A stretch of 63,996 bases of DNA, filler included, from an uncultured bacterium (GTDB lineage Bacteria > CAYJOG01): assembly GCA_964371695.1 (NCBI GenBank). It is 23 parts of 23 records of this genome, joined end to end, with 100 filler letters (N's around TTAATTAATTAA, not from the genome) between each part and the next. Parts side by side here need not be neighbours in the genome. Positions count along the whole stretch, not along the records: positions 36,818 to 39,500 come from CAYJOG010000476.1; positions 39,601 to 42,275 come from CAYJOG010000478.1; positions 42,376 to 45,048 come from CAYJOG010000479.1; positions 45,149 to 47,810 come from CAYJOG010000480.1; positions 47,911 to 50,566 come from CAYJOG010000481.1; 18 more parts are not named here. One strand, given 5' to 3'. The position numbers and the translations under genes are program-made. Of the stretch, positions 38,751 through 48,286 are shown piece after piece (position 1 is the stretch's first letter; each line of letters starts with the position of its first letter). The notes under the pieces are model-generated. The model was not told the DNA's origin. It saw nothing but the letters and a program-made list of their open reading frames with translations, and ran no database searches.

Positions 38751-39500
38751 ATGTCTCTTCGCCGGTTTTTGGTGGTCGCCCTGTTGGCCTTGGGGCTGGT
38801 GGGAAGCCTGCCTCTTTATGCGGCAGAAGAAATCGTGGTGCTCACACCCCATTGGGAGGGCATTCTCAAGGAGTTCGAGGCCGCTTTTAACGCCCACGAC
38901 AAAAAGGGTGTGAAGTTTCGCTGGATGGACCAGGGGGGCACCAGCAACGCCCTGCAGTTTGCCAAAACCCGTTTTGCCGCCACGCCGGGGGGCATTGGTG
39001 TGGACCTTTTCTGGGGGGGCGGCGTGGACCCGCACCTGGAACTGGCCAGGGAAAAACTCAGCGTGCCGGGGGCTGTGCCGCCTGCTGCCCTGGCCGGTGT
39101 GGCCGCCAAAATCGGCGCCATGCCCATTTATGACGCCAAAGCGGGCTGGTATGGCAACACGCTGTCGGGTTTTGGCATTTTTTATAACCGGGCGCTGGTG
39201 GATCGTTTTCGCCTGCCCCGCCCCAGCCGCTGGACCGACCTCACCCACCCGCGCCTGCTGGGCAAGGTGGCGGCGGCGGACCCCCGCGCCAGCGGCACCA
39301 TTCACCTGATGTTCGAGCTGATTTTGCAGGCCCAGGGTTTTGACAAGGGTTGGGCCACACTCACGCGCCTCTCCGCCAACCTCAAGGGATTCCCCGAAAG
39401 CAGCAGCCGGGCGATACAGTCGGTGGTGGATGGCGAAACGCTTTATGGCCTGGCCATCGATTTTTACGCCCTGGGCGAAATGCTGAAAAAAGGCTCGGAC
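38751..39500 (+). CDS. ABC transporter substrate-binding protein (AfuA/iron-type), 3' truncated
   Basis: Signal peptide; LTPH, DLFWGGG, ADPRASGT and AIDFYA motifs. Confidence 0.88.
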
Positions 39501-39618
39501 NNNNNNNNNNNNNNNNNNNNNNNNNNNNNNNNNNNNNNNNNNNNTTAATTAATTAANNNNNNNNNNNNNNNNNNNNNNNNNNNNNNNNNNNNNNNNNNNN
39601 AAACGGATGCCACTGCCC

Positions 39619-40353
39619 TTATGTGGATTGTTCCAGGGGGCGCATTTCCAGCCGGTTGATGACCAGTGAGCGCCCTGCCCGGGTGGTGAACAGCACCACC
39701 TCGGCCACTTCTTTGGGTGACATGAGTTTTTCATCGGGCAGTGCGTCGGGAAACACGCCGGGGGGCACGTTGCTGGTTTTCGAGAACTCGGTCTGAATGC
39801 CGCCGGGGCACACAATGCTCACAAACACCTTGTGGGGACGCAGCTCCTGCGCCACCGATTCCATAAATCCGATCACCGCAAACTTGCTGGCGCTGTAGGG
39901 CGCAAAACCGGCAAACCCCTTGGCGCCAGCCACGCTGGATATCTGCACAATGTGTCCGCCACCCTGGTTGATCATGGCCGGGGCCACCGCCTGGGTGACC
40001 AAGTAAGTGCCCCGCAGGTTGGTGTTCAGCACGGTGTCAAAGTCTTCGTCGGTGATGTCAGCCAGCGGCGCGTAAATGCCCAGGCCGGCGTTGTTCACCA
40101 GCACGTCAATGCGGCCGTGGTTGTGCAATACCTGGGCCACGCCGTGGGCCACGTCTTCGCGGTTGGTCACGTCCATGGCCAGGGCCTCGGCAAAGCCGCC
40201 TTCGTTTTGAATGACGCCCGCGAGTTTCTGCGCGGGTTCCAGGGATCGGTTGCTGACGATGACGTGGTCGCCCTCTTGCGCGAACACGCGGCACAGCGCG
40301 GCCCCCAGGCCCCGGCCCCCGCCCGTGATGAGCACCACCCGGCTGCTGGTCAT
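39619..40353 (-). CDS. SDR oxidoreductase
   Basis: TGGGRGLG, NNAG and YSASK motifs. Confidence 0.93.
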   Translation of the reverse strand: MTSSRVVLITGGGRGLGAALCRVFAQEGDHVIVSNRSLEPAQKLAGVIQNEGGFAEALAMDVTNREDVAHGVAQVLHNHGRIDVLVNNAGLGIYAPLADITDEDFDTVLNTNLRGTYLVTQAVAPAMINQGGGHIVQISSVAGAKGFAGFAPYSASKFAVIGFMESVAQELRPHKVFVSIVCPGGIQTEFSKTSNVPPGVFPDALPDEKLMSPKEVAEVVLFTTRAGRSLVINRLEMRPLEQST

Positions 40354-40355
40354 GA

Positions 40356-40661
40356 TCAAGCCTCCAGCGCCGAGACAGCGGCCTTGAGCGCGGGCAGGGC
40401 GCGGGCGGTGCCCGCTGGGCCAAGGGTGAGCAAGATGGCCTGATACACGTCCTCTTTGCTCGCGCCTGCGTCCAGCGCAAATTGGGCGTGGTCTTTCACA
40501 CCAAACTCCACCCCCAGGGCGGCAAACACGGCCACCTGAATCAGTTGCTTGGTGGCGTTGTCCAGCCCCCCGGCCTGGTTGTATTGGGTTTTGTAGTCGC
40601 GGTAGGCGTTCGTTACGGCGGGGTATTTTTCACAGAAAAGATCGAAGGCGGTCTTGGACAT
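40356..40661 (-). CDS. Carboxymuconolactone decarboxylase/AhpD-like protein
   Basis: LDNATKQLIQVA..HAQFALDAGASKED pattern. Confidence 0.85.
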   Translation of the reverse strand: MSKTAFDLFCEKYPAVTNAYRDYKTQYNQAGGLDNATKQLIQVAVFAALGVEFGVKDHAQFALDAGASKEDVYQAILLTLGPAGTARALPALKAAVSALEA

Positions 40662-40782
40662 GGAAGCTCCTTTTAATTCGGCCATAAGGCTACACGGCAA
40701 ACAGGCCGGGCCAAAGGGGGCTTGCCGGATGTTGATTTTTGAGATGGATTTCGATTTCCGCTATCTGGAGTTGGAATCGGTG

Positions 40783-41280
40783 TCAGGCGTTCATGTTTTT
40801 GATCATATTTTCGTAATGACCGATCACCGACTGGTCCACGCGGGTGATCACCAACTTTTCAATCAGGCCGGACAAGAAGGGGATTTTGGCCTTCACCTCC
40901 AGCAGGGCGTGCATGCGGGTGCCTTGGTCGTGTTCGTGCAGGGCAAAGCGGCTCTGCACAATCACGGTGCGGTTTTGCACCTGGGGGTCAATGTCAATGG
41001 CCAGCACGCGCTCTTGCGGGCACCACACCCCCACCTGCTTCCAACTCAGTTTGCCGCCGGGCACCAGGGCCATGATGGGGCCGGGCAGGCGGGCGTTGCT
41101 CTCGATTTCAAACACCACATGGTGTTTGTCGTCCAGCCATTCGTTGCGCAGCACGGTGGCGTCTTTCACAAACGCCATGGCCCGCACACGGTCCAGGTCC
41201 TGCGTGGGGCGGTTGACGACTTCTTCATACACCTCCTGCCAGTCACAGGGCCAGATCAGGTGTTTTTCAAGCCGCGCCAC
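40783..41280 (-). CDS. Hypothetical protein, DUF2505/SRPBCC-like fold
   Basis: C-terminal VKAKIPFLSGLIEKLV typical of the family; GTG start 6 nt after TACAAT. Confidence 0.6.
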   Translation of the reverse strand: MARLEKHLIWPCDWQEVYEEVVNRPTQDLDRVRAMAFVKDATVLRNEWLDDKHHVVFEIESNARLPGPIMALVPGGKLSWKQVGVWCPQERVLAIDIDPQVQNRTVIVQSRFALHEHDQGTRMHALLEVKAKIPFLSGLIEKLVITRVDQSVIGHYENMIKNMNA

Positions 41281-41335
41281 GGCACAATTGTAGCTTGGCA
41301 AGCGGGTGATGGGCTGGTGTTAAACTGCCGCGAAC

Positions 41336-42199
41336 ATGGCTCCTTATTATCTGCTCACTTTCATGGCGTTGCTGGCGCGTTTTACCCCTTTCCCCATGGG
41401 TTATTGGCTGGGCGACAAGTTTGCCGGCTTGATGTTCAAGGCGCTGAAGGGGGCCAGAAAAACCACCCTGTTCAACATCCGCCTGGCTTTTCCCGACAAG
41501 GACGAGGTGTGGATCACCCATGTGGGGCGCATGGCTTTTGGCAACATGGGCAAGGTGGCGTTTGAGTTTTTCAAGTGTCATGGCCGCCCCCAGTTGGCCG
41601 TGGACAGGGTGGTGTTCGAAAACGAAGAACAGATCATGGCCCTGAAGGACAAACCCTTGCTGATGGGGGCAAGCCACAGCGGCGGCTGGGACCTGGGGGG
41701 CATCGCGCTGAGCGCCAAGGGGTTTCACCTGGGGGTGATCGTGGCGGCCATTCGCCAGAAGGGTGTGGAAAGGTTTGTGCGCGAAAACCGCAGTGCGTCG
41801 GGCATTGACCTGATGTACCGCGATCCGGGCATTCGCAGTGCGTGCCTCAAGCGGCTGCAGGATGGCGGCCAACTGGTGATCACGCCCGACCAGAACGCGG
41901 GCAACCGGGGTGTGGAAATCACGTTTTTCGGCCACCCCTGCGCGGGGTTTCGCGGCCCGGCGGAGTTTGCCCTGGAGACGGGCCTGCCGCTGATTCCCAT
42001 TTTTCCCTACCGCATGAAGGACAACCGCGTGGGCGCACGCATGGGTGCGCCCATCCGGCCAGAGGATTACCAGGGAGAGAGCGCCGTGCGGGACATCACC
42101 CAGGAATGGAACAATCAGTTGGAGGGGTTCATTCGTGATTACCCGGAGAGTTACTTCTGGATGCACCGGCGCTGGAAAGGCACCGTGCCGGGGGCGTAG
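41336..42199 (+). CDS. Lipid A lauroyl/myristoyl acyltransferase family (LpxL/HtrB-like)
   Basis: HxxxxD/E (HSGGWD), DQ, FFG and PESYFWMHRRWK motifs. Confidence 0.9.
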   Translation: MAPYYLLTFMALLARFTPFPMGYWLGDKFAGLMFKALKGARKTTLFNIRLAFPDKDEVWITHVGRMAFGNMGKVAFEFFKCHGRPQLAVDRVVFENEEQIMALKDKPLLMGASHSGGWDLGGIALSAKGFHLGVIVAAIRQKGVERFVRENRSASGIDLMYRDPGIRSACLKRLQDGGQLVITPDQNAGNRGVEITFFGHPCAGFRGPAEFALETGLPLIPIFPYRMKDNRVGARMGAPIRPEDYQGESAVRDITQEWNNQLEGFIRDYPESYFWMHRRWKGTVPGA

Positions 42200-42375
42200 T
42201 GATTCGTTTGGGTTAAATTGAGGAGTAGGTTTAGGTTTACCTGAGTAGCGGCGCCGCCCCCCTCGCCCCAAAGGGNNNNNNNNNNNNNNNNNNNNNNNNN
42301 NNNNNNNNNNNNNNNNNNNTTAATTAATTAANNNNNNNNNNNNNNNNNNNNNNNNNNNNNNNNNNNNNNNNNNNN

Positions 42376-42500
42376 GAGCCATGGCCGCACGAAGTGCGGC
42401 CTGGGGTGGCCTCAACCTGTCAGGAACCGCTACCTGAGGTGGGTCCGGGAGGGCCGCCGCCCTCCCGGCAGGGGTGTGGGGACAGCGTCCCCACGGCTCC
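42376..42500. repeat. Multi-hairpin palindromic intergenic element
   Basis: GGCCGCACGAAGTGCGGCC, CCGGGAGGGC..GCCCTCCCGG and GTGGGGACAGCGTCCCCAC within GAGCC...GGCTC. Confidence 0.55.
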
Positions 42501-42561
42501 ATCAAAAAATGAACAATGATGAAGCGGCAAGCAGGGTTATTGCGCCTGCTACAATGCGGCG

Positions 42562-44835
42562 GTGAAAAACCCTTCAGTCTGGCGGGTGGGTGGTGGTGTG
42601 CTGGTGGTGGCGTGGGTGAGTGTGGCGGCCCTGCCGGTGCAGGCCAAACTGCTGCGGCGGCTGGACTGGAAACTGGAAAAATATCTGGGCAAGGCCACGC
42701 AGGCCGACATGGCGGCTACTGAGGGATTCAGCCAGAACCTCACCCTCACCGAGAACATCCGCCGCATTGGCCGGGGCATTGCTGGCCAAAGCCAGCGGCG
42801 CGACACGGTGGAGGTTTTTCACCTGGTGGACAGCCCGGAGATCAACGCCTTTGCCGCGCCGGGGGGCTATGTGTTTATCACCCGTGGTCTCGTGGCGCGC
42901 CTGAACAACGAAGACGAACTGGCGGGCGTGATGGCCCACGAGTGGGGCCATGTCGAGGCAAAACACGGCCTGAAAACCCTCAAAAAATGGCCCCTGGCCA
43001 TGGCCCTGGGTTTGGCGGCGGGCAAACACTTTGGCGGCAAGGGGGCGAAGATCGCTGACACGGCCCTGTCTCTGGCCACCCTGCACGACAGCCGCGAGAA
43101 CGAATATCAGGCCGATGAACTGGGTGTGAAATCGGCCCTGGCCCTGGGTTATGACCCCCGGCGGTTTGCCGATTTCTTCATGAAGCTCGAGGCCGATCAC
43201 CCCATGGGCAAAATGCACCGGCTGGAGGTGGCCTTCATGAGCCACCCCCGTACCCTCAACCGTTTTTCGGCGGTGGAGCGCCACGTGAGCGCCACGCGCA
43301 CCGACCTGGACAAGTGGGCTGGTGTGGCCGGGTCACTTCTGCGTCGCGGACAGGTCACCGCTGCAGACGCCTTGTTGCAGCGCATGCCCCAGGTTGCGGG
43401 GGCGCACCCGGAACTCACCCGTCAACTGGCCCTGGCCAGCGGCTGGGGATGGGAAACGGCGCTGACGGATTCCCCCCCCGCTGTTGAAACGGGGCAGGTG
43501 GGGGGTCTGTCCGGCCCAGACAAAAAACTGTTTGAGCAAACGGCGCTCGCTCTTGCTCCACAAGAAAACCCGGACGCCGGTGAAGGTCTGGAAAAACTGG
43601 ATTCCTTTTTGACCGCCAGCGAAGAAACCCTGGCCGCAGTGCCGGGTGAGGCGCAACAAACCTGGTTGCCGGGGCTGGTGGAAATAAGGGACAGTCTGAC
43701 TGCCGCCGCCGAGGCGGGACAGGCGCTGGATGCCGCCCGCGCCGACGCTCAGCAGGCGCTGGACCGGCTGCGCCTGATGTCGGAAACCAGCCTGGAAGAT
43801 TCTCAGGCCCAGGCCGTGAGGGACGCGGTGAAAAGTCTGCGCGAGACCGTGACCAGCGAAGGCGCGCGCCGGTTGTCGCTGGCTCCCCGCCGCATCAACC
43901 GTCTGGTGGAAAACCTTGTGATGGAGGCTCCTCTTTCGCCGCCTGCAACTGGCGCGCCGGTGTGGACACCGCCAGAAGAACAACGGTGGGTGATGCAGGC
44001 GCAGCAGGAAAAAGAATCCGCCCGTGTGCAGACGCAGAAGATGCGGCGCGAAACCGAAAAACTGCTGGCGGTGCTGCTGGACAAGCTGGTGGAGGACATG
44101 GGGCCCCTGGAGCGCAAGCAGTTGCCCCGTGTGCTGGCCCACCGCCTGTTGATGAAGGAATCTCAGGTGCGCGACCTGTTGCGCACCCCCGGGCTGAAGC
44201 TGAGCGACGTGGCCTGGGTGGCCGAGGCGCGCAGGCGCAAGGTGTTGAAACCGGGCGCGCTGCCGCAAAAAAAAGACCTGAACGCCGCCCGGATTTTTTT
44301 GAGCGACATGGACGTGTTGCTGGGCTGGCTGGTGCAGGACCTGGAAAACCTGAGCCGTGACGAACTGGGTGTGTTGCCCCGCTGGCCTGTCACCGGGGGC
44401 GAGCGTGAGCGTCAGAAAGCCCTGTCGGCACTGGCGGAACTGCTGGCCGGCGAGGGCAAAAAAGCCAACCGTCTTTATGGCGAATTGCTGGCGGACAAAA
44501 ACTTTCAGCCGGACGCCGAAGTGTTTATTCAGTCGGCCCAGGCCGCCGCGCTGGCCGGAAAAATGAAAGACGCCCGCCTGCGGTTGCACAGCGCCCTTGG
44601 CCTGGAGCCTGAAAACACACGGGCGCTGAACCTGCTGGGGTTTTATGCCCCCAGCGCGAAAACCCGCGCCAACCTGTGGCGCGAAAGCCTGGAACTGAAC
44701 CCTCATCAGCCGGTGGTGGCCTCGCGCCTAGCGGCTCTGCTGACGCGGCAGAAAAATCCGCCCAGGCGGGTAATACCAATTCTAATGCAAGACGACGGTA
44801 ATCTGCCGGAAGACGCGATAGCCAGGAAACGATGA
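42562..44835 (+). CDS. M48-family metallopeptidase with long helical/TPR-like C-terminus
   Basis: Signal peptide; INAFAAPGG, HEWGH, EYQAD and SHP motifs. Confidence 0.9.
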   Translation: MKNPSVWRVGGGVLVVAWVSVAALPVQAKLLRRLDWKLEKYLGKATQADMAATEGFSQNLTLTENIRRIGRGIAGQSQRRDTVEVFHLVDSPEINAFAAPGGYVFITRGLVARLNNEDELAGVMAHEWGHVEAKHGLKTLKKWPLAMALGLAAGKHFGGKGAKIADTALSLATLHDSRENEYQADELGVKSALALGYDPRRFADFFMKLEADHPMGKMHRLEVAFMSHPRTLNRFSAVERHVSATRTDLDKWAGVAGSLLRRGQVTAADALLQRMPQVAGAHPELTRQLALASGWGWETALTDSPPAVETGQVGGLSGPDKKLFEQTALALAPQENPDAGEGLEKLDSFLTASEETLAAVPGEAQQTWLPGLVEIRDSLTAAAEAGQALDAARADAQQALDRLRLMSETSLEDSQAQAVRDAVKSLRETVTSEGARRLSLAPRRINRLVENLVMEAPLSPPATGAPVWTPPEEQRWVMQAQQEKESARVQTQKMRRETEKLLAVLLDKLVEDMGPLERKQLPRVLAHRLLMKESQVRDLLRTPGLKLSDVAWVAEARRRKVLKPGALPQKKDLNAARIFLSDMDVLLGWLVQDLENLSRDELGVLPRWPVTGGERERQKALSALAELLAGEGKKANRLYGELLADKNFQPDAEVFIQSAQAAALAGKMKDARLRLHSALGLEPENTRALNLLGFYAPSAKTRANLWRESLELNPHQPVVASRLAALLTRQKNPPRRVIPILMQDDGNLPEDAIARKR

Positions 44836-45048
44836 TGGAACCAGAAAAGGGTGGCAAGAATTGGTATGAATTCATGGATGAATTCGACTCGAATGCCAAT
44901 ACCCCACGCGACAGGAGGTCGCGTGAAGCCCGCCGCTGGGGCTTTGCCCCAGCAGGTGGTGGTTTTAAAAATTCAGGAGGAACTTTTAAAACAATCCTGT
45001 GGGGTGCGGCGCAAGCGGGCTTTGCCTGCGCCGCGCCGGGCCGCAGCC
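44773..45048 (+). repeat. Composite structured repeat, family D copy 2, with nested family-E segment
   Basis: ATACCAATTCT...AGAATTGGTAT, GAATTCATGGATGAATTC and GCGGCGCAAGCGGGCTTTGCCTGCGCCGC; extra segment 44908-44998. Confidence 0.85.
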
Positions 45049-45158
45049 NNNNNNNNNNNNNNNNNNNNNNNNNNNNNNNNNNNNNNNNNNNNTTAATTAA
45101 TTAANNNNNNNNNNNNNNNNNNNNNNNNNNNNNNNNNNNNNNNNNNNNCGCCCCGCCC

Positions 45159-47276
45159 TCACCGCGACCACGCCCAACCCCACCACCACTGACGACCCGG
45201 CAGCGGAAAACCGTTCACATCGGCGTTGGTGTTGTCGCCCGCGTTGCGCACAGCCACCCACCAGTTGGTGCGCCCGCCCTCGTGGCGCAGCGACAGGTGG
45301 TGTTGCTGCTGCGAAGGTGTGAAGGTGAGATTCGCTGTGTCCTGAAACAACCGCCCCCGGCGCTCGCCCTCCCACACCACGCGCCAGTGGCGGGCGGGGG
45401 CGTGAGAGAGCCGCCACGAAAAACTTTCCGCCGCCACGCCGGGCAGGTGGTTGCCGCGAAAGGCCGGGTCGGCGCTGTGGTTGCGGGCGCTGAGCAGGCT
45501 GTAACCCAACAGCGCGTCGGTGCGGCGGCCCGGCGCAAAGGCCAGTGTGAACTCGCCGCCCTGGCCACGGGTTTTGTCCAGATTCACGGGGCGCGACACA
45601 AACTGGCCCGCCTGCTCAAACACAATCAGGTCGCTGGCCCCTTGCCAGAACCACACCGCCTCGGCGTGGCCCCGCAGGAAACGCCGCCTGAGGCCCAGCT
45701 CGGCGCGCCAGGATTTTTCATGAGTCAGGGCCGTGTTGCCGATGACACTGCCCCGGTCGCCAAACAATTCATAAAACGAAGGCTGGCGAAACCCCCGCCC
45801 CAGCGTGGCGCGGGCCTCGGTGTGGGGCCGCAGCCGCCAGTTCAGCGCGGCGTCCAGCGCCGCCAGTTGCTGGTTGTCGTTTTTGGAAAACAGCGGCGAC
45901 GAAAAATCGCCCCCCAGGCGCGAGCGCACCCAGCCCAGGCGCGGCAACAGCGACAGGCTCAGGCGGCCCTGGCCAAAGGTGCGGTCCACCTGTCCGCTGA
46001 GGGCCAGTGTGCTGCGGCGGCTGTGGCGGCCCACCAGCAAAAGAGGTTGGGCGTCATCTTTGGGAGAGTAACTTTCCTGACTCAGCGCGGCGTGCCACTG
46101 GGCCTGCGTGTGCCTGCCCATCGCCAGTCCCGACCACGACGATTCCAGTTGCCACAGGCCAGTGCGGTTGTGATTGTTTTGCGGGCCGCCTGTGCCCAGT
46201 CGGGCGTCGGGGTCTTTGAAACGGCTCACGTGCTGACCCAGTGTGAGGATGGTCTCGCGCAGCCCCGCTCCCTGTTTTCCGGTGGGTTGCCGCAGGCTCA
46301 GCACCAGACGGGACAAACCGGTATTCAATGATGAACGGGTGCTCTGCGCCACACCAAAACCCGGCACGCCCTCGGCGCGGCCCCCCAGGCTCAGTCGGGT
46401 TTCGAGTGTGCGGCTGTTTTTGAGCGACCAGCTTTTGGTGAGCAGCAACTGGCGGTCGCGGTGGCTGTTGTTGAGGCGGGTGCGGCGGGCGTCATCGGCG
46501 GGGTTAAAGGGCGTGCCAAAATCATCGTGATAATCAAAATCACCCTTGTAGGCTTCTTCGGAATAAAGCGCCCACAGGCGGCCCGCCGGTGATTTTTGGG
46601 CGTGCTCCAGGCTCAGCGCCCCCAGGCCGTGGCTGCCCAGCCGCCCCCGCACCGAGGTGTGGTTTTTGGCGGGCGCGGCCCCCTGCGTCACCAGATTGAT
46701 GACGCCACCCACGGGAGCATCGTGAAACCGGGGCGGGATGTGACTTTTGTAGACCTCCACCCGCGCCACGCCTTCCAGCGAAATCGCCCCCACGTTCACG
46801 CCGCCACCCAGGGCCTGATTCAGCGGAAAACCATCCACATAAATCCCCACCTGCTCGGCGGTGCTGCCCCGCAGGGACACCGTGCCAAAGGCCCCCGGCC
46901 CGCCCAGTGTGCGCACCTGCAAGCCGGGAATCTGCCCCAGCACGTCCGCAAGCGTCTGGCGGGCGGGAGTGATCCACTGGCGGCGAAGCACCGTTTGTGT
47001 CGCGGCCTGTCCCAGATTGTCTGCGGGCAGGTCGCGGTGGCCCTGCACTTCGATGATCCACACCGCCGGGGTTTGTTTGTCGGCGGGCGAGGACGCCCGC
47101 CCCACTGGTTTTTTATTTAATGAGGCGGGTTTTGCACCGGGGGACTTGGTTTTGTTCTCTGCTGGTTTTGCGACAGCGGCCAAAACCGACCCGCTCAACA
47201 GCAGCACCATCAGCCCGGATGCGCCACCAGTCTTCACAACGGCGACACTGGTTTTTTTGTTTTGGATGGTTTGCAT
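45159..47276 (-). CDS. btuB: TonB-dependent receptor, BtuB-like (cobalamin)
   Basis: Plug motifs (SLRGS, YVDG, RVEVYK, GGVINLVT), FRQPSFYELF and PLPGR C-terminus; cobalamin riboswitch upstream. Confidence 0.85.
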   Translation of the reverse strand: MQTIQNKKTSVAVVKTGGASGLMVLLLSGSVLAAVAKPAENKTKSPGAKPASLNKKPVGRASSPADKQTPAVWIIEVQGHRDLPADNLGQAATQTVLRRQWITPARQTLADVLGQIPGLQVRTLGGPGAFGTVSLRGSTAEQVGIYVDGFPLNQALGGGVNVGAISLEGVARVEVYKSHIPPRFHDAPVGGVINLVTQGAAPAKNHTSVRGRLGSHGLGALSLEHAQKSPAGRLWALYSEEAYKGDFDYHDDFGTPFNPADDARRTRLNNSHRDRQLLLTKSWSLKNSRTLETRLSLGGRAEGVPGFGVAQSTRSSLNTGLSRLVLSLRQPTGKQGAGLRETILTLGQHVSRFKDPDARLGTGGPQNNHNRTGLWQLESSWSGLAMGRHTQAQWHAALSQESYSPKDDAQPLLLVGRHSRRSTLALSGQVDRTFGQGRLSLSLLPRLGWVRSRLGGDFSSPLFSKNDNQQLAALDAALNWRLRPHTEARATLGRGFRQPSFYELFGDRGSVIGNTALTHEKSWRAELGLRRRFLRGHAEAVWFWQGASDLIVFEQAGQFVSRPVNLDKTRGQGGEFTLAFAPGRRTDALLGYSLLSARNHSADPAFRGNHLPGVAAESFSWRLSHAPARHWRVVWEGERRGRLFQDTANLTFTPSQQQHHLSLRHEGGRTNWWVAVRNAGDNTNADVNGFPLPGRQWWWGWAWSR

Positions 47277-47317
47277 GTGACCCCGCCGGTTGGTGTTGGA
47301 ACGGGGCCTTGCTCAAT

Positions 47318-47342
47318 AAAAAACCCCGCCGGTTTGGCGGGG
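47318..47342 (-). terminator. Riboswitch attenuator terminator
   Basis: Minus strand CCCCGCC-AAACC-GGCGGGG-TTTTTT between the aptamer and the receptor gene. Confidence 0.8.
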
Positions 47343-47393
47343 CGGTTTTTTGTCTTCCGGTTTCTCCCGCAGCCCCACGGCGGAAAAATACTG

Positions 47394-47534
47394 GCTGTGG
47401 GCGAGGTATCCGGACTTGCGAGGAACTGGGTGAACCGCCTTCCAGGTGTTATCCCGTGGCTTTATGGTTTCCCTACAACGCTTACCGTAGCGTGGGCTGT
47501 GGCGGCCTTGCACCGCCTTCCCCCTATCCACAAC
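47394..47534 (-). promoter_or_regulatory. Cobalamin riboswitch
   Basis: Minus strand GGGAA-GGCGGTGCAAGGCCGCC-ACAGCCC-ACGCTACGGTAA...GCCACGGG...GGAAGGC...AAGTCCGGATACCTCGCC (B12 box). Confidence 0.92.
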
Positions 47535-47540
47535 AAAATG

Positions 47541-47569
47541 AAGATGCACCATGGCGTGCGTTGTGTCAA
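47541..47569 (-). promoter_or_regulatory. Sigma70 promoter for riboswitch-btuB
   Basis: TTGACA - 17 nt - CATCTT with TG extension. Confidence 0.65.
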
Positions 47570-48286
47570 GGGTAAGCAAAAAACAGGCCGGTGGATTCAC
47601 CGGCCTGTCAGCGTGTTGATGTTTTTTGTTCGAATTTGTTTAAAAAGGTCTCTTCTTTTTATTTTTGCCCCTCACCCGTCCCTTTGGGACACCCTCTCCC
47701 CATAGGGGAGAGGGAACGATGGGGCGTTTTTCTTTTTCCAGCTACTGTCCTTCCGCTTTCTGTTATTTGACGATGGAGAGTTTGGCGTTGAAGGCTTGGC
47801 GGAAGCCCGTNNNNNNNNNNNNNNNNNNNNNNNNNNNNNNNNNNNNNNNNNNNNTTAATTAATTAANNNNNNNNNNNNNNNNNNNNNNNNNNNNNNNNNN
47901 NNNNNNNNNNGCATGGTGCTGAGCGACCCGGCCACGTTGCCCACGCTGGCGGCGGGCGGCGTCGACACCCTGCTGGTGAAGGTGATGGTGCAGAGCGGCA
48001 CATCCCCCGGCCTTTACGAAGGCACGCAATACGTTTATGCCGATCTGGACGGCGACGGGCGGCGGGCCAGAGGCGAACCTCTGGTCAGTTTCAGGCTGAG
48101 CCTGTCGGTGCCCGACTTTGCCGCGCTGGGGGCCACCTGCCCAATTGAAACAGCCAGCACCACGGGAGGTGCGCAATCAACTACCAGTCCATTAAAAAAA
48201 TCAATCCTTCCCTCTGCCAAATTTGTATTCGGGGCGGGGTCCGCACCGCGCACGGTTCAAAACAAAAAACCTCCTTCTTTCTCACC

